The notes: generated by a model not told the origin, from the sequence alone. Positions 50,393 to 61,610 are shown, counted from the stretch's first letter. The stretch is 64,000 nt of DNA from Macrostomum hystrix (GCA_950097015.1 CATNEN010000007.1:2046001-2110000); one strand, 5' to 3'. Made by a program: numbers and translations.

Positions 50393-50597
50393 TGCTTTCA
50401 AGTGATTGGCTAGATTCGATATTAACCTAGATGCTAGATCTCATTCATTAAATTCCACCAGAATGTTTACTAAGCGTTCAATAACATTTACAAACTTGTA
50501 GCTTAAAAAAGAATAATTTCGAAATTTTTCTGCTTATCAATTTTACTCTCACAAAGTAACCATTTGTCAAGATCTAGTTAAGCCAAATCCTAAAATC

Positions 50598-51220
50598 TAT
50601 GACATCCGGGTTCCCTGACATCCGGATTCCCTGACATCCGGATTCCCTGACATCCGGATTATCTGACATCCGGATTATCTGACATCCGGATTCCCTGACA
50701 TCCGGATTATCTGACATCCGGATTCCCTGACATCCGGATTCCCTGACATCCGGATTCCCTGACATCCAGATTCCCTGACATCCGGATTCCCTGACATCCG
50801 GATTCCCTGACATCCGGATTCCCTGACATCCGGATTCCCTGACATCCGGATTCCCTGACATCCGGATTCCCTGACATCCGGATTCCCTGACATCGAAATT
50901 CCCTGACATCCGGATTCCCTGACATCCGCATTCCCTGACATCGAAATTCCCTGACATCCGGATTCCCTGACATCCGGATTCCCTGACATCGAAATTCCCT
51001 GACATCTGGATTCCCTGACATCCGGATTCCCTGACATCCGGATTCCCTGACATCCAGATTCCCTGACATCCGGATTCCCTGACATCCGGATTCCCTGACA
51101 TCCGGATTCCCTGACATCGAAATTCCCTGACATCCGGATTCCCTGACATCCGGATTCCCTGACATCCAGATTCCCTGACATCCGGATTCCCTGACATCCG
51201 GATTCCCTGACATCCGGACT
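50598..51220. repeat. 16-bp minisatellite
   Basis: TCCGGATTCCCTGACA, about 38 copies. Confidence 0.95.
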
Positions 51221-51557
51221 AATTGTAACATAACGGATTGCTTTGCGCTTTCGTCTTTTAAATTTAACACACTCCAATCAAATGAATCAAATTCGATAAT
51301 GACAACTAGAGTTTAATGTAAAATTGTACAGATTCCTTTGTCGTCAGTTTAACGGAATAAACAAAATTTTTCTTCGAGATGTCAATCATCCATTGTATTC
51401 TCTGACAAAATGCTCAAATTCTACAGTCACAAAGGCAGTTTAGCAACTAAAATTTCCTATTATTTTTGCAATCTTCTTGAACATTGTGAGTGTATTATAT
51501 TTCACAGATGTCAATCATATATTCATAGTCATCTCAGTGAGAAGCTTTGAAGCCCAG

Positions 51558-51570
51558 CATATATAAAACC
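51558..51570 (+). promoter_or_regulatory. Putative TATA box of the candidate peptide gene
   Basis: CATATATAAAACC lies about 90 nt upstream of ATG 51654. Confidence 0.45.
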
Positions 51571-51653
51571 GACAGCTGCAGGTGCAATTAATCTTCTTTC
51601 AAAGTTTGAAAACGCGAAAGCGAATAGCACACGAAAATTTCCGCGAACAGAAA

Positions 51654-52476
51654 ATGTTAGCCAAGTGGGCTCTGCTGCTGCTGGCTCTGCGTCTGCTCGT
51701 CGTTCCGCATCCGGTGAGAACCAAGTCCCGAATTGGAACCTGTTTTTGCCTGTTTTCTAGTGGTTCTCAACTGGCGGTTAGGGCGTCAGGAGTTCGATTC
51801 CCAACTCTTCTGTAACAATTTGTGTACCAAGACACTTAACTCTTCATTGTTTCAGTTCACCTAGTTGTTAAATGTGTTAGCTTAGGTAGCTTAGGTAATT
51901 GAGGGTGGGCGTGGCGTCCCAACAATCCGTGGACTGAACAGCCGTACGCTGTTCTGGCACTGGCACATCGCTGACTGGTCCGACCGAGCGTAGCTTGGTT
52001 GGAGGTTAAACCGGGGGGTTGTGGGCTTGTGCATTGGTGCGGGGTGCATGTACGTTGCCTGGTCGCGGGGCCGCCCCCCCCCCTTGGGGTCGGCCTTGCC
52101 CAACCCTATTTAGTGTGGCGCGCTGTGCACCGGCGCGTCTCTCCGAGAGGCCAATGTTTCTGCTTTTAATTCACAATGAATAGTGTTTCTCTTTTAAATT
52201 GCCTTCGTCTCGCTCATTAAATAAAATTTGAGTTAGCATATTGATAATTCTAAGGGTCAGGTTAAGGGTTTCTTAAGGGTCAGGTTCGAACTTCTCCTAC
52301 TATCTCCTACTTTTTCTCTCCTAAACTAAAAGTCCTTGGGTGACGTCGGACCTGATCGACCTCAACAGCCGCCGCCGCCGCCATTGCCGCCGTCCGAGTC
52401 GAATTCAGAATCGGGCAGTCCGCTGTGCAGCCTGAGCAGCTACTGTGTCAACGATCGCCCACCAGATATGAACTGA
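51654..52476 (+). CDS. Candidate two-exon small secreted peptide (67 aa)
   Basis: TATATAAA lies near 51560. Exon 51654-51713 encodes MLAKWALLLLALRLLVVPHP and is followed by GTGAG. A polypyrimidine tract and AG precede exon 52333-52476, which is in phase 0 and encodes SLGDVGPDRPQQPPPPPLPPSESNSESGSPLCSLSSYCVNDRPPDMN*. Confidence 0.55.
51760..51950 (+). mobile_element. SINE family B copy (intron of the candidate peptide gene)
   Basis: GAGTTCGATTCCC, CAAGACACTTAACTC, CAGTTCACCTAGTTGTTAAATG and GTGGACTGAACAGCCGTACGC. Confidence 0.8.
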
Positions 52477-52661
52477 TCAGAATAGGCTGATCTCACTCGG
52501 CTGAAAATAACATGTTCATGAAAACAGATGAAAATATGGAAACATGAAAATATATCCGATTCAAGCAAAGCCTTTAGTTTCAATCATATTCTGATTTTGC
52601 CTTAGAATTTGAGTGCAAGATTTCACATCAGGAAAATGCATTCATTAGGCTGTGACAGCTT

Positions 52662-53292
52662 TGCAGTTTGGGGTGGCTGTGAGGGTTTTGGCAGTTTGGG
52701 GTGGCTGTGAGGGTTTTGGCAGTTTGGGGTGGCTGTGAGGGTTTTGGCAGTTTGGGGTGGCTGTGAGGGTTTTGGCAGTTTGGGGTGGCTGTGAGGGTTT
52801 TGGCAGTTTGGGGTGGCTGTGAGGGTTTTGGCAGTTTGGGGTGGCTGTGAGGGTTTTGGAAGTTTGGGGTGGCTGTGAGGTTTTGGCAGTTTGGGGTGGC
52901 TGTGAGGTTTTGGCAGTTTGGGGTGGCTGTGAGAGTTTTGGCAGTTTGGGGTGGCTGTGAGGGTTTTGGAAGTTTGGGGTGGCTGTGAGGTTTTGGCAGT
53001 TTGGGGTGGCTGTGAGGGTTTTGGCAGTTTGGGGTGGCTGTGAGGGTTTTGGCAGTTTGGGGTGGCTGTGAGGGTTTTGGCAGTTTGGGGTGGCTGTGAG
53101 GGTTTTGGCAGTTTGGGGTGGCTGTGAGGGTTTTGGCAGTTTGGGGTGGCTGTGAGGGTTTTGGCAGTTTGGGGTGGCTGTGAGGGTTTTGGCAGTTTGG
53201 GGTGGCTGTGAGGGTTTTGGCAGTGTGGGATGGCTGTGAGGGTTTTGGAAGTTTGGGGTGGCTGTGAGGGTTTTGGCAGTGTGGGATGGCTG
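52662..53292. repeat. 28-bp G-rich minisatellite
   Basis: GGGTTTTGGCAGTTTGGGGTGGCTGTGA, about 22 copies. Confidence 0.95.
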
Positions 53293-53326
53293 TAAGAGAT
53301 GCACGTGAGACAGAGGTATATTATAG

Positions 53327-53635
53327 AGGGGGAGTAGCAGAGTGGTTGACGCGTTTGCCTCTCGCACCAAGGTCCCTAAGATCGATTCCGCGGCGAGGCC
53401 ACATTTATTTGCTGCTCAGCCGCGGAGAAAAGGCTTGTTGTGCAATTTTCGCCCTTGAGGGCCAACCTCCAAGGCGCAGTGAAAGTGTACACTGCCTGAC
53501 GATGAGAAAGTCAGGGCAGATGTACACACCTGTTTGAGCGTATGCCTGCGTTCGGTATCTGAGTGGGTGTGTGCTCTGGAGTCAACAAAGTGGGCCGAAT
53601 TGCCTCCTCGCTGGCTGCGGGTCTAGTGCTGGCAT
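53327..53635 (+). mobile_element. SINE family A, full-length copy
   Basis: Head GGGGGAGTAGCAGAGTGGTT..GATCGATTCC, hairpin at 53485-53527 and GCCTCCTCGCTGGCTGCGGGTC tail. Confidence 0.88.
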
Positions 53636-53889
53636 GACAAATTAATTCGGAAATTTCAGTTGCTCTACAGGTAGGCGCTCTGGTGCACAACAAACAACAA
53701 GAAGTTGAGCTCGATGTCGATGCGCGATTGCCCGCGACCTCCTTCGAATATTATTGACTGTCCATTTTATACTGACGCAGAAAAACTTCAGCAATCTTGC
53801 TACCTTGATGACAAGCTACGTCTTAATAACGTCTTAATTCTGGTCAGGTGCATTTTCGAATGGTTCCGTACGCCTCGAAAGTTAAGTAC

Positions 53890-53970
53890 AGCGAAGTGGG
53901 TTGCCTCCTCGATGGCTGCGGGTCCACTGTTAACAAATGATATATTAAGGCCCACAGCAACAGTCAACAG
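53890..53970 (+). mobile_element. SINE family A tail fragment
   Basis: TTGCCTCCTCGATGGCTGCGGGTCC matches the family A tail. Confidence 0.6.
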
Positions 53971-54004
53971 TTTTCATAACCCGTACGGCAATCTACGACG
54001 TCAA

Positions 54005-54240
54005 CGTCGGAGTTCGATTTCCTACTCCACTATAAAAATGTGTCCTCTACCAACGCACCAACTCTGCATTGTTTCACTTCACCAACCAGCTGTTAAAAGG
54101 TTGTCAGCAGTTGCTGGACTAATTGAGGGTGGGTGTGGCGTCCCCCCAGTCCATAGACTAAACACTCGTCAGAATATTCGCAGCCTTCTGATGCGCAGCG
54201 CAATAGCTGCAATCCTACTGTCGGCTGCACATCTGGTCCT
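54005..54240 (+). mobile_element. SINE family B copy
   Basis: GGAGTTCGATTTCC, CCAGCTGTTAAAAGG, CAGTCCATAGACT and tail GGCTGCACATCTGG. Confidence 0.78.
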
Positions 54241-54264
54241 TGTTGGGTAGGTGTCATTAACTAT

Positions 54265-54345
54265 TGTCTTATGTCTTATGTCTTATGTCTTATGTCTTAT
54301 GTCTTATGTCTTATGTCTTATGTCTTATGTCTTATGTCTTATTGT
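54265..54345. repeat. (TTATGTC)n heptamer
   Basis: About 11 copies immediately after a SINE family B tail. Confidence 0.9.
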
Positions 54346-54414
54346 CTATTGGCAAATAAATAACCAGATACGCCGCGTTGACACAGGCATCGACTAATCT
54401 GCAATTTTCGCAAC

Positions 54415-54565
54415 AGGGAGAGAGGTCGAATGTTAGAATCCTTTAGCAAGACACTTACGAGTAGCTGCCCATCAACAATGGGTACTAGCATCAGCTGGGG
54501 TAGAAATTCGAGTGGTTATGGCGGCCTCCTGTCCATGGACTGAAAGGCTGTACGCTGTTGCTCTT
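54415..54565 (+). mobile_element. Degenerate SINE family B copy
   Basis: TCCTTTAGCAAGACACTTA, ATGGGTACTAGCATCAGCTGGGG and GTCCATGGACTGAA. Confidence 0.65.
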
Positions 54566-54659
54566 AATTAAACCAGCAAAACAAAGGTTTTCAAATCATC
54601 ATTAATGAGATGAGTTAATATTTGCGGCAGCTTTACCCAGCCGATGTACAGATGTACTG

Positions 54660-55200
54660 TTAAACACACACACACATGTTAGACACACACACACCTTTTA
54701 GACAGACCACACACACACACCTGTTAGATAGAACACACACTTGTTAGACAGAACACACACCTGTTAGATAGAACACACACATACGAGTATTAGATATACC
54801 AGATCACGCAAACATATGTTAGACAGACCACAAACACACACACACACCTGTTAGACAGAACACACACATGTTAGATATACCAGACCACACACACATATGT
54901 TAGACAGACCACACACACACACACACCTGTTAGACACACACACCCACCTGTTAGACAGACCACACACACATACCTGTTAGACAGACCACACACACATACC
55001 TGTTAGACAGACCACACACCCACCTGTTAGACAGGCGACACACACCTGTTAGACACACACACCTGTTAGACAGGCGACACACACCTGTTAGACAGACCAG
55101 ACAGACCACACACACACACCTGTTGGACAGAACACGCACCTGTTAGATAGACCAGACCACACACACCTGTTAGACAGACCACACACACATGTTAGACGGC
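54660..55200. repeat. CA-rich variable minisatellite
   Basis: (CA)n-CCTGTTAGACAGAC units. Confidence 0.88.
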
Positions 55201-55965
55201 CGGACCTGTCCAAAATATTTTAGACAGATCGCACAACTGTTAGACATGCGAGTTAATATCAAATGAGTGACCTTTAATATAGAAATGCTACTGAAAAAAA
55301 TCCAATATCTAGATAAATACACTAACAAAATCCTTCAATGCTTGAACAAAAGATCCACCAAACACACTGTTAATTTATCATCTGGGACGAAACCCTCTGT
55401 GCTAGTTTCAGAATTCCGGCCCTACAAATGTAGGCTTCAAAGTTGAGCAATTGCTAGAAAAAGCTACCAAAATGCTAACACGAACAAATTAAAATTGTCT
55501 GGTCAAATGGACTTGCTAAAATAAATAACATTTTCCTATAATCTTTATTATATTCAACTCGCGCAGTCCGAGATTTAAACATCTATGTACCAAACAGCAT
55601 GGCGAAAGTAGAGAATTAGCTTTACAGTAACATAATACAGATCAGATTTTCAGTGAAAATGTCGACATGTGTCAATAACTCTCACAGCTCAGATTTTTTA
55701 AGTTAGACGGAGGGGAAAAAATAAAAACATTCGGAAGAGGTCTTAGCAACTGATTCACAGCATGCGGTACGATTTTTAGGTAACAGCAAGCACTAGTGGC
55801 GTAACCGAATTGAATTGTGCAGTGTTGGAAATTCAAAATAAAAGTGACGAGCCTCATGGGGAAACTATATAAAATGGATCCAAAAAATCCATTTTACAGT
55901 ATAACTGTGATCCATCCGAAATCATTTGGTAAACATAATAATGTATGTTCCAGCGCTCATTTATA

Positions 55966-56595
55966 TTAGATAGCAACTACAGACAGCTTCTGCGCTGGCT
56001 CCTCGAACTTGTCCTGACTGCCGGTGCAGGCCGGCACTTTGCCGCTGATGGGCGGCAGGAAGCTGGGCTGACGCGCCGCCAGAAGGTCCGATGTGCTTGG
56101 CTTCAAGTAGGAGGTTGTATACGTGGTATTGAAATCATTCTTGGACGTTGTGGAGCGCTGTTTCAGGCTGGTGTTCCATCGCTTGTCGAGCTTCTCGCGC
56201 AGGCCCCAGTTGGTTGGGGTGCCCTGGACTGGAAAGTCGGAGCGCTCCGGACACCAGGCCATGTTGCCCGAGTGCCAGTCGCGCAGCGGTGGATGCCTTG
56301 GCTGGCCTCGGCCATTGAAGTCTTCGTCGTACCACGTTATCCAGTTCTTTTTGTAAGCATCGCCGTGATGGGCTAGAAGGATTTCTTTGCCAACGCCGTT
56401 GGAGCGAAGCCAACCGTTTCTTCTGAGCACCACGTCTGGCTGTTGGTACTCCCTCTGCTGATAGTCAATGCTGTAGCTCGATGAATGCGTGTGGTTTTTT
56501 CTATCGTAGACGAGACGCTCTTCAAACCAGTTGCCAACCAAAACATCTGTTTTGTAACGTTTTGAAACATCCCAATTGGATGTTCTTGGGTCCAT
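55966..56595 (-). CDS. CFAP107: Cilia- and flagella-associated protein 107 (C1orf158) homologue, intronless, 209 aa
   Basis: Motifs W..SKRYKTDVLVGNWFEER, HH..WITWYDEDFN, PPLRDW...W.PERSDFPVQGTPTNWGL and TTYTTSYLKP match the recalled CFAP107 pattern. The ATG at 56595 is preferred over the upstream non-ATG start in the ORF track. Confidence 0.85.
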   Translation of the reverse strand: MDPRTSNWDVSKRYKTDVLVGNWFEERLVYDRKNHTHSSSYSIDYQQREYQQPDVVLRRNGWLRSNGVGKEILLAHHGDAYKKNWITWYDEDFNGRGQPRHPPLRDWHSGNMAWCPERSDFPVQGTPTNWGLREKLDKRWNTSLKQRSTTSKNDFNTTYTTSYLKPSTSDLLAARQPSFLPPISGKVPACTGSQDKFEEPAQKLSVVAI

Positions 56596-57722
56596 TTTTG
56601 CTTTGAATATTATTTTTCTATATAAAATTAACACTGCAGTATTTTCGTTGATTTTTTAAAGCGCTCAATAAACTAATCCAAAACAATATTGAAAACTGTA
56701 ATTCAACTTTGTCTTGACAGCAAGTATATAAACAAATGTACGGTAATTAAATGTGTTATATAAATAAAACAGCTTCACTTCCACGTTAGTGCAAAAACAA
56801 AAAATGTTGAGAGATGTCTGGTATTCATAAAAAACATATACATGTAGCATTCTTGTTGTGTAGTTATTTTAAGTTGAAAGATGCAAAACCTTTTTCCGTT
56901 TCAAGCACTAGATATAGCGAGAAATATGTTTAAAAATCAGAACAAAATATTGCTTGATAAAATAACGAGTGCGCTTAGGTAGATATAAAATACACCCAGT
57001 ATAAAAAATAGAGTGAAAAATATTATTGCATAATTATTGTATATTTTTTTATAAAATCAAAGTAAGGATTAGACAGTGCACAAAAAGGTGTCCTTATTAA
57101 TAATTATTGACTTATTTTTTTTCTCTGGCAGAAATGGTACTAACAAGAGATGGTTTTTTGGAAATATTACACAGACTAGTTTTTATATTTTTAATCAATA
57201 CTTGTAAAAATAAGACTTTTAGTGGGCATTTCAGATCATAGCTGACAATACCTTATTTATTATAATTATGTATTTTTGTTTGTTTTAAGAAGCTATGTTT
57301 TTCAAGTTACATGCTTGATGTAAGTTAATTTTAATTAGATTTTTTAATTTCGCAAAAAATTATGCTTATTCTCAGTACAATAAGCTTGTAGAATGAGAGT
57401 TAATGTTAAATTAGAATATAACCCTGCTTGTAAATGTGGTATGGAAAAAAATCAGAGCAATGATAATATGTTGCTAGCTAAACATACGATTTAGAAGTTA
57501 AACGGCAGAAGCTTTTTGGTAATTTAACTCAGTTTACTCATTTCTTCTACTCTTGTCTCCTGACGTTTTATGACAATCGAAGTCCTTTGTTGCAATTGCA
57601 TAGGCACTAGCTTCGAACAAATCAATCTAGCATTTTTCGTAATGTATACTTTTTGTTTGACAAAGTATGGCAGCGATATAACTGATGCAGCAAACAAACA
57701 AATAAACTCCATTTTATTCCAG

Positions 57723-60700
57723 ATGCCATCCGCAGGTGGCATTGCCGCTCCAGCAATCACGCCGTTGAGGGGCCCAGTCAATGGCAAGCCAAGCCACTGC
57801 ATCGACAGCTCCACGTACCTCGAAATGGCTACAGGTAATGCTTGGTTTTATTGATCTTTAGACTATTCATTTGTTGTTCAATTTAGTCCGAATCTTTAAT
57901 CCAAAAGCTTGAATTCGTAACTTTTTTCAGAGAGCAATAACTGCAACGTTTTCTTCACGACTGATGGCACCAGGCCGGATCCAAATAAGCGGATGGTGAA
58001 TGGCCGGGAGGTGACCTTCCAGTATCGGGCCCCGTTCTGCCTGAAGCCGGGCAAGCGCATTGTCAAAGCGGTTGCTATGCATCGCGTGACAAAGCAGCAG
58101 AGTTTCGTCACCTCGCGCACCTACCACTGCGAGGACATCCATGGCTGGAACGAGATCGACGACTGCCTGGACCAGGAGAGCCTCAGCGCCTCGGATGTCA
58201 ATGGGTGAGTGGAGCACATGAGTGCATGGCGATACGTCATGGTGCATGCTCTATGGTAGTCGTCAAGTTCCATACCGGTTAGACGTCATGCTCCAAACCA
58301 CTCTAATAGTCCGGCGATATGTTCCATATAACTCTATGGTACGGCGTCATGTTCCATATAACTCTATGGTACGGCGTCATGTTCCATATAACTCTATGGT
58401 ATGGCGTCATGTTCCATATAACTCTATGGTACGGCGTCATGTTCCATATAACTCTATGGTACGGCGTCATGTTCCATATAACTCTATGGTACGGCGTCAC
58501 GTTCCATATAACTCTATGGTACGGCGTCAGGTTCCATATAACTCTATGGTACGGCGTCAGGTTCCATACCACTCTATGGTAGGGCGTCATGTTCCATACC
58601 ACTCTATGGTAGGGCGTCATGTTCCATACCACTCTTTCGTAGGGCGTCATGTTCCATACCACTCTTTCGTAGGGCGTCATGTTCCATACCACTCTATGGT
58701 AAGCGTCATTGTCCTACACGCTAACCCTTTATTTATTCCTTCCAACTTTCTATACCCTTCACTGATCGGTTTACGCACCAATTGCTTGCATGAAATTTTT
58801 CCTATCGATCGTGTGCATGCGATCGAACATACTAATGCACACACTAGCGTCACTCTATAACATTGCCAGCTGGGACAGCGATCTGGAGGACGGCCTGCGA
58901 ACACGTCGCCGACGCTCTGGAAGTCGCGGACGTGGCGCGTCTCGCGACGTCCTTAGACGCTCAGGCAATGCGGGCGGCGCGTCAGCTGCCGCTGCTGCTG
59001 TGTGCCCGGGTCCAGCGACCTACGATGCCTGGGACCGGACTGACCCGAACGCGGCCGCCGACGAGCTCGCTTCGTCCATCATCCCGGACCAGGGCTTCTC
59101 CGCCGTCAATCACTCCGGGACGCAGATCAATCTGTACGGCGGAGGCGGTCCGAGTGGCCCAACCGCCGGCCTTGGCTGGGAGGTGCGCACGCCGAACAAT
59201 GTCAACTTCCGGGGCGGATTCCCGGGCCAGCCTCCGAGCGCGGTGCCCGCGCTTCCCGAAGCGTCGATGCAGGTGAGGCGACTGATACCTTTATGATATA
59301 CTGAAATCTTTATATAGAATGAAACTATGTTACTCACGTGCAAAATAAAATCTGGCCTTGACCATAGGGTGTTACACCGCTGCAACTGAACCAGTTGACA
59401 GCGCAGCTCTCACAGCGGATGGATGAGACCCGGAAGAGCACACTGGATGACATCCGCCGCCTCGTGGAAGAGTCCAAGAAGACCCAGCAGGCTGAGAAGA
59501 TCAGCGCTGATCCAGCCTGCCTGCCAGTCAGCAAGGGTGGCGGTGACTTCAAGCATCAGCTGCAGCACGTGTACGCCCACCTGCTGCAGTTTGCCCGCAT
59601 CGATGGCCGCTTCCAGGCTGAGATTGGAGAGCCAAAGTTTGGCAAGGTTAGCGCCTTAACAGTGCTACCGGGTTTAGTGGCTTGTTGCAGTCCTGTACTA
59701 GCTTTAGCCCATACTAATTCCTTACTTTTAAAATTCGAAACAATATGACTCAGGTGCTGTCAGCTGAGCTAGACGAGTCCGACGATTCCTTCCTGCTGAC
59801 CATCCACATTGCCAAGCCCGGTCACAAGAAGCCGCTGCACGCGCCCAAGTCGATAAACAAGCCTAGCAACGACCCGAAGCCGAAGCCGTTTCTGCCTTCC
59901 TCGAAGAATCCGAGAAAGGACGAGCCGCCACCGCCGCCCCCGCCCAAGAAGGCCGAGAAGCCGCCGCCACCACCGAATCACAAAGTGGAGACAGAGGTGA
60001 GCAGGTTGAGGTTGGCTGCGTTAACGTAGTTGTTAACAAGACTTTTCAAATCAGCTCATCTATGATTGGCCAACTTACCTGCCTACAAACACACAGGTGA
60101 AAAAGAGCGACCACGAGAAGGCCGATGCAATAACGCTGAAGGACGAGAAGCCACCGGAACCAGTTGGCGAGGCCTACTTCCAGCAGGAGGAGTACGTCCA
60201 GGAAGGCACGCTGAAACCGCAACCTAACTTCAGCGCGGCCGAAGACGCTGAGCAGCTGCGCAAAGCCATGAAGGGCCTCGGAACCAATGAGCAGAGCATC
60301 ATCAACGTGCTGGGCCATCGGACAGTCACACAGCGCCTCGAGATTGTGAAGACCTTCAAGTTGAAGTACGGAAAAGATCTCAAACGTGAGCTGGACAGCG
60401 AGCTGAGTGGAAACTTCAACAAGATCTGCCAGAATTTGTGCCTGGGTCCCGCCGAGTATGACGCAAAAGAGCTTCGCGAGGCCATGAAGGGTCTCGGCAC
60501 GGACGAGGACTGCCTCATCGAGATCATCTGCACCCGCACACGGGCCCAGATTGAGGAGATTAAGCGCGTCTACAAGGCCAGTGAGTTTTTAAGCTTTGTA
60601 CTCGCGCGCGCGATAGAAAGCAGAATAGAAACACGTATTCAGAATCAGTGTCAGATGGGCTCAATTAACTTCTAGCACCGAGCATTTTCAAATCCTTTCC

Positions 60701-61610
60701 AACACCGCCAATTCCCACCTAGCCTACAATCGTGAACTGGAAGACGACGTGATCTCGGACACGTCCGGCCACTTCAAGCGCATCTTGGTGTCTCTGCTGA
60801 CCGGAGCCCGGCCCGAGGGCAGCTCCTTCGACCCGGAGCAGGTGAAGAAGGACGCCCAGGCTCTTCAGGAGGCCGGAATCGGCAAGTGGGGCACTGACGA
60901 GAGCAAATTCAACGAGATCCTCTGTGGCAACAACAATGCCCACCTGCGCGCCCTGTTCGCTGAGTACGAGAAGCTCACTGGCAAGACTCTGGAGGACTCG
61001 CTGAAGGCCGAGATGTCCGGAGACCTGCTGAGGGCCATGCTGACTCTGGTGCGCTGCATCCAGAACAAGCCGGCCTATTTTGCCAAGGCGCTGCAGAAGG
61101 CCATGAAAGGACTGGGTAAGCCTGCTCATTGCTGTCATTGGTTCATTAACACCTGGTGGATAGAGCGTCACGACTTGAACGTCGAGGGTTCGTTTACCGA
61201 CTCAACCGGAACGACTTGTGTCCTTTAGAAAGACGCTTAACTCTGCATTGCTTGAGCTCATCCAGCTGTTAGCTGGGGTAGTTGAAGGTTGGTGAGGCGT
61301 CACCCCAGTCCATGGACTGAACAGCGGTACGCAACCTTCAGAAGCGCCGCGTAATAGCTGCTGCAATGTTACATACTACTCATACACATACTCATACTAC
61401 AATAATTTTTCCCAAACCCATTTTCTCATCATTCCAGGCACAAATGACAAGGTGCTGCTGCGCATTGTGATCACCCGATGCGAGGTGGACATGGTGCAGA
61501 TCAAGAGCGCCTTCCAGAAGGAATTCGGCCAGAGCCTGGCGGAATGGATCAAGGACGACACCAGCGGAGACTACAGGAAGATTTTGCTGGCGCTCATCGG
61601 AGATGCTTGA
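57723..61610 (+). CDS. 777-aa protein: DZANK1-like N-terminal domain + Gly/Pro-rich and helical linker + complete four-repeat annexin core
   Basis: Exons are 57723-57834, 57931-58204, 58870-59272, 59395-59646, 59754-59996, 60097-60580, 60723-61115 and 61438-61610 (2334 nt, all GT-AG, in phase). The annexin repeats begin AMKGLGTNE, AMKGLGTDE, GIGKWGTDE and AMKGLGTND. The N-terminus (ITPLR..IDSSTYLEM..FFTTDGTRP..FQYRAPFCLKPGKRIVKAVAM) resembles the DZANK1 N-terminus. Confidence 0.85.
58318..58710. repeat. 30-bp intronic minisatellite, about 13 copies
   Basis: GTTCCATATAACTCTATGGTACGGCGTCAT variants in intron 2 of the annexin-fusion gene. Confidence 0.95.
61150..61365 (+). mobile_element. SINE family B copy (last intron of the annexin gene)
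   Basis: TGTGTCCTTTAGAAAGACGCTTAACTC, CCAGCTGTTA, CCAGTCCATGGACTGAACAGCGGTACGC. Confidence 0.8.

Noticed and set aside
50574-51277. Cys-containing repetitive ORFs (also 52645-53370, 58222-58860, 20029-20860 beyond the exon)
   Set aside because: They are direct translations of tandem arrays in several frames at once.
57465-57485. RFX X-box between CFAP107 and the annexin gene
   Set aside because: GTTGCTAGCTAAAC deviates too far from the GTTNCCATGGNAAC consensus to support a call.
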